A DNA stretch of 64,000 bases from positions 930,001 through 994,000 of the forward strand of contig OZ374559.1 in the NCBI GenBank assembly GCA_977862235.1, given 5' to 3'. Origin of the DNA: Dudresnaya verticillata. Its lineage: Eukaryota. Numbering within the stretch: the first letter of the stretch is position 1; the number at the start of each line of letters is the position of its first letter. The notes beneath the pieces are model-generated. The model was not told the origin of the DNA. It worked only from the letters and a program-made list of their open reading frames with translations, and ran no database searches. The position numbers were made by a program, and so were the translations under genes. Below, piece by piece: positions 61,701 to 64,000 of this stretch.

Positions 61701-64000
61701 CTGTCTGCTCCGCTCTGACAATCGTCCTGCCGTTCAACAAGAATATTGCACTGCTCAGAAACATTGCATTACTGTGGAACTCAACCTACTAGACTGGAAA
61801 ATATGACACCCGAACCCTCCTGCGACTCCCAAGTGCGCCTGCAAATGAGCCTCAGCTGCCGCAAAGGGCTACTCTACACAGCGAAGAAAGAACAAAATCA
61901 CAGGTCCTCGCCAATGGCTTGAAACCTCAATAATGCCAACTGAGCCTTATGCAACTGGAGGGACGCTCACGCACCCTGTACACCTAACCCCTATACATGT
62001 CACCATCCAAAAGGACGCTTATATTATTTGCTTCTTTCCCTTCCCCGGTGTAGCAGACCATATCGTGACCGCTACGATGCGGATCAGCGTACGCATCCGA
62101 ATGGCGGAGGAAGTATTCTTGCGACTAATCAGGGCCCATAGAAACATGGCCCTGAGTTGCATTAGATTACCAACATCATTAGTACCAGTACGCTTTCAAC
62201 AACTCCTGTCACATACCTGTTTCGTTCCCTCTCCGTCTCCCTTTCTCGAATTCAAAAGGTTCAGCAGTACATTTCAAGTACCACTTCCGCGAGAGAGACT
62301 CATTTCAAAGATACTAGAGGTACCATCGGCATTCGTTGCTTTTCTCATCTTACATTTGTCCTCGTGAAGCGCGACGCTTATGATCCTTCCCTCTCGCCAA
62401 CTTCGCAGGTTAGGGCTTTCAAGATGTATATGTCAGGTCTGGAGCCTACCTCGGCTCCCACACCTCGACCGCTTGCAAACTCGATCATGGCCATGCGACA
62501 TCGTGATCATCTTCGCATAGATTTGAATATGAACTTAGATGACCGTGGTTTCACGACAACCTCACAAAGGTTTGACGTGCCTGAAATAAGCCCTCACTCT
62601 TTAGAGAAGAGACACGGAAATAGTCTTTACGTGTCTCTTCCGGGTGCGAGTCTGGTCTTCCCCTCCTCTCTTGCGTGAGCACTCCAAGCGTTTTCACTAC
62701 CGCCGATTCTGAATCAAGTTGGGAATTGAACTCCATACTATTGATTCTAGACATTTATGACCGCATTAGCACTTGGTTTCAGCTTGGTGGCTCAAAAAGT
62801 TTATCGCTCAATTTCTTGCGGTGAAGACAGGATGTTCTCCCGCCACCGAACTACTCAAGCTCGCCACTCTTCTGGTGTCATTGGTCCTGAAGTGCGTCAC
62901 AGGTAGTGTTAAGTGTCGTAAGCCCCTCCCTCCTTCCTAACTGCCCCTAGCCCCTAAGTTCCCTTTCGGAGCTACCCTTTCTTTTTTGCGTAAAGGTCTC
63001 CACTACCCCCCTCTTAGATAAAAATCGTAGATTCAGGACCTCTTTTCTCGTCTGGCTTCAAAGGGCACGAAACCCCACAAACTCTCGCAACGAGTAGCCA
63101 CTACACACAGCCCAGTGCACCGATACTTCCGATTCATATACACCCGCAGTCCTTTCCTATCTCAATATTTTCCTGCTCTCTTCTATCCCAAAAAGGACCA
63201 ATACTTTTTTGACTGTGTGTGGTTCTGCGCAACCTTGGAGAGCAAAAGCAAAATAAAAACTACTAGGGTAATGCAATAACTTGCTGTTCGTGGATATGGG
63301 GAGGGACGATGCCACAAACATGGGCTAAATTGTTGCCGAACTCAGCTCAGCTGGGAATAGCTGTATTGCAGCTTGTACAAGATATCTCTGCAGCACAATG
63401 CAATTTGAGAGAACTGCGGCTTTAAGATGAATGCCCCATTTTCGTTTGAAGCATACTTCCATGGCATCGCAACGACATGCCGAAAATGAAACTATCGGGG
63501 AATCCTGGTAATATCGAAAGAACAGTTTTGCTGCTAGTGACAAGAACAGCATTTTATTCTGCTTATGACTGGCCGTGTATGGCTGCAACGGAACAGTAAT
63601 AGAAACGGCACAAAGTACTGTTGCCGATGCTCTTCGCTAACGAAAAGAACTTGTGTGTACAGAAGTGTATATATTCTAGTCACATGGCTCAAGTGGCTTG
63701 GGGAGGCATTTGCAAAACAAGAAGTGGAACACCTTTCTCAAAGAATAACCTACAGACCATTGAGGGGGCTTAATATATACCATAACGTGCGCTGCGGTCA
63801 ACTAGCTTGAGGCGGTCTACTCGCCGTAGAGAGTTCATTTGTGTAAGGAGAGTCATCTTCTAGGCTCTTGGAGAAGTTTCTTTCGACAAAGCAAGAAGAG
63901 TGGGAAATATCTGCGCTCCACGGTCGAAACCAGTTTACAAATCAATCCCGTACCGAACTTGCACACCGTAATGAATTGAGTGGATCTGTGCGTTCGGAAG

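Noticed and set aside
62920..62970. CCCCTAAGTTC similarity to the DIRS repeat A
   Set aside because: An 11-nt match in pyrimidine-rich sequence with no supporting domains nearby.
59000..64000. Many short ORFs in the last 5 kb
   Set aside because: No recognisable motifs or consistent frame, so they are left unannotated.
1..64000. CRISPR arrays, rRNA or tRNA genes, prokaryotic operons, and most short overlapping ORFs in the track
   Set aside because: No repeat-spacer array or full RNA gene is seen. The tRNA-like words are PBS and U5 motifs only, and the short ORFs are shadows of GC-rich element sequence.

Overview
Eukaryotic, transposon-dense window; a macroalgal (possibly red-algal) origin is only my inference from the element types. 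Most of it is nested retroelements. There are three Ty3/Gypsy-type LTR elements: A (1-4511, 3' part only), B (31167-43932) and C (44694-54572); B and C carry chromodomain integrases. Also present are four solo LTRs, a DIRS/PAT-type tyrosine-recombinase retroelement inside a CRE-like non-LTR element, an APE-type LINE, and decayed pogo-like and Mutator-like DNA transposons. Host-type genes are few: an intact secreted phospholipase A2 (58221-58721) and a bestrophin-like pseudogene. Three observations stand out. (1) Element B has two 843-bp LTRs in INVERTED orientation, yet one 5-bp TSD (CAGCC) flanks the whole unit and an empty-site paralog in the window confirms it. (2) All three LTR elements carry a large antisense ORF in the 3' internal region, and the three proteins share ordered motifs, suggesting an unannotated accessory-protein family. 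(3) B and C share a PBS with tRNA-Tyr hallmarks, and all four LTR families carry a U5 motif complementary to a tRNA D-arm, suggesting a bipartite primer-binding system. All comparisons were made by eye.
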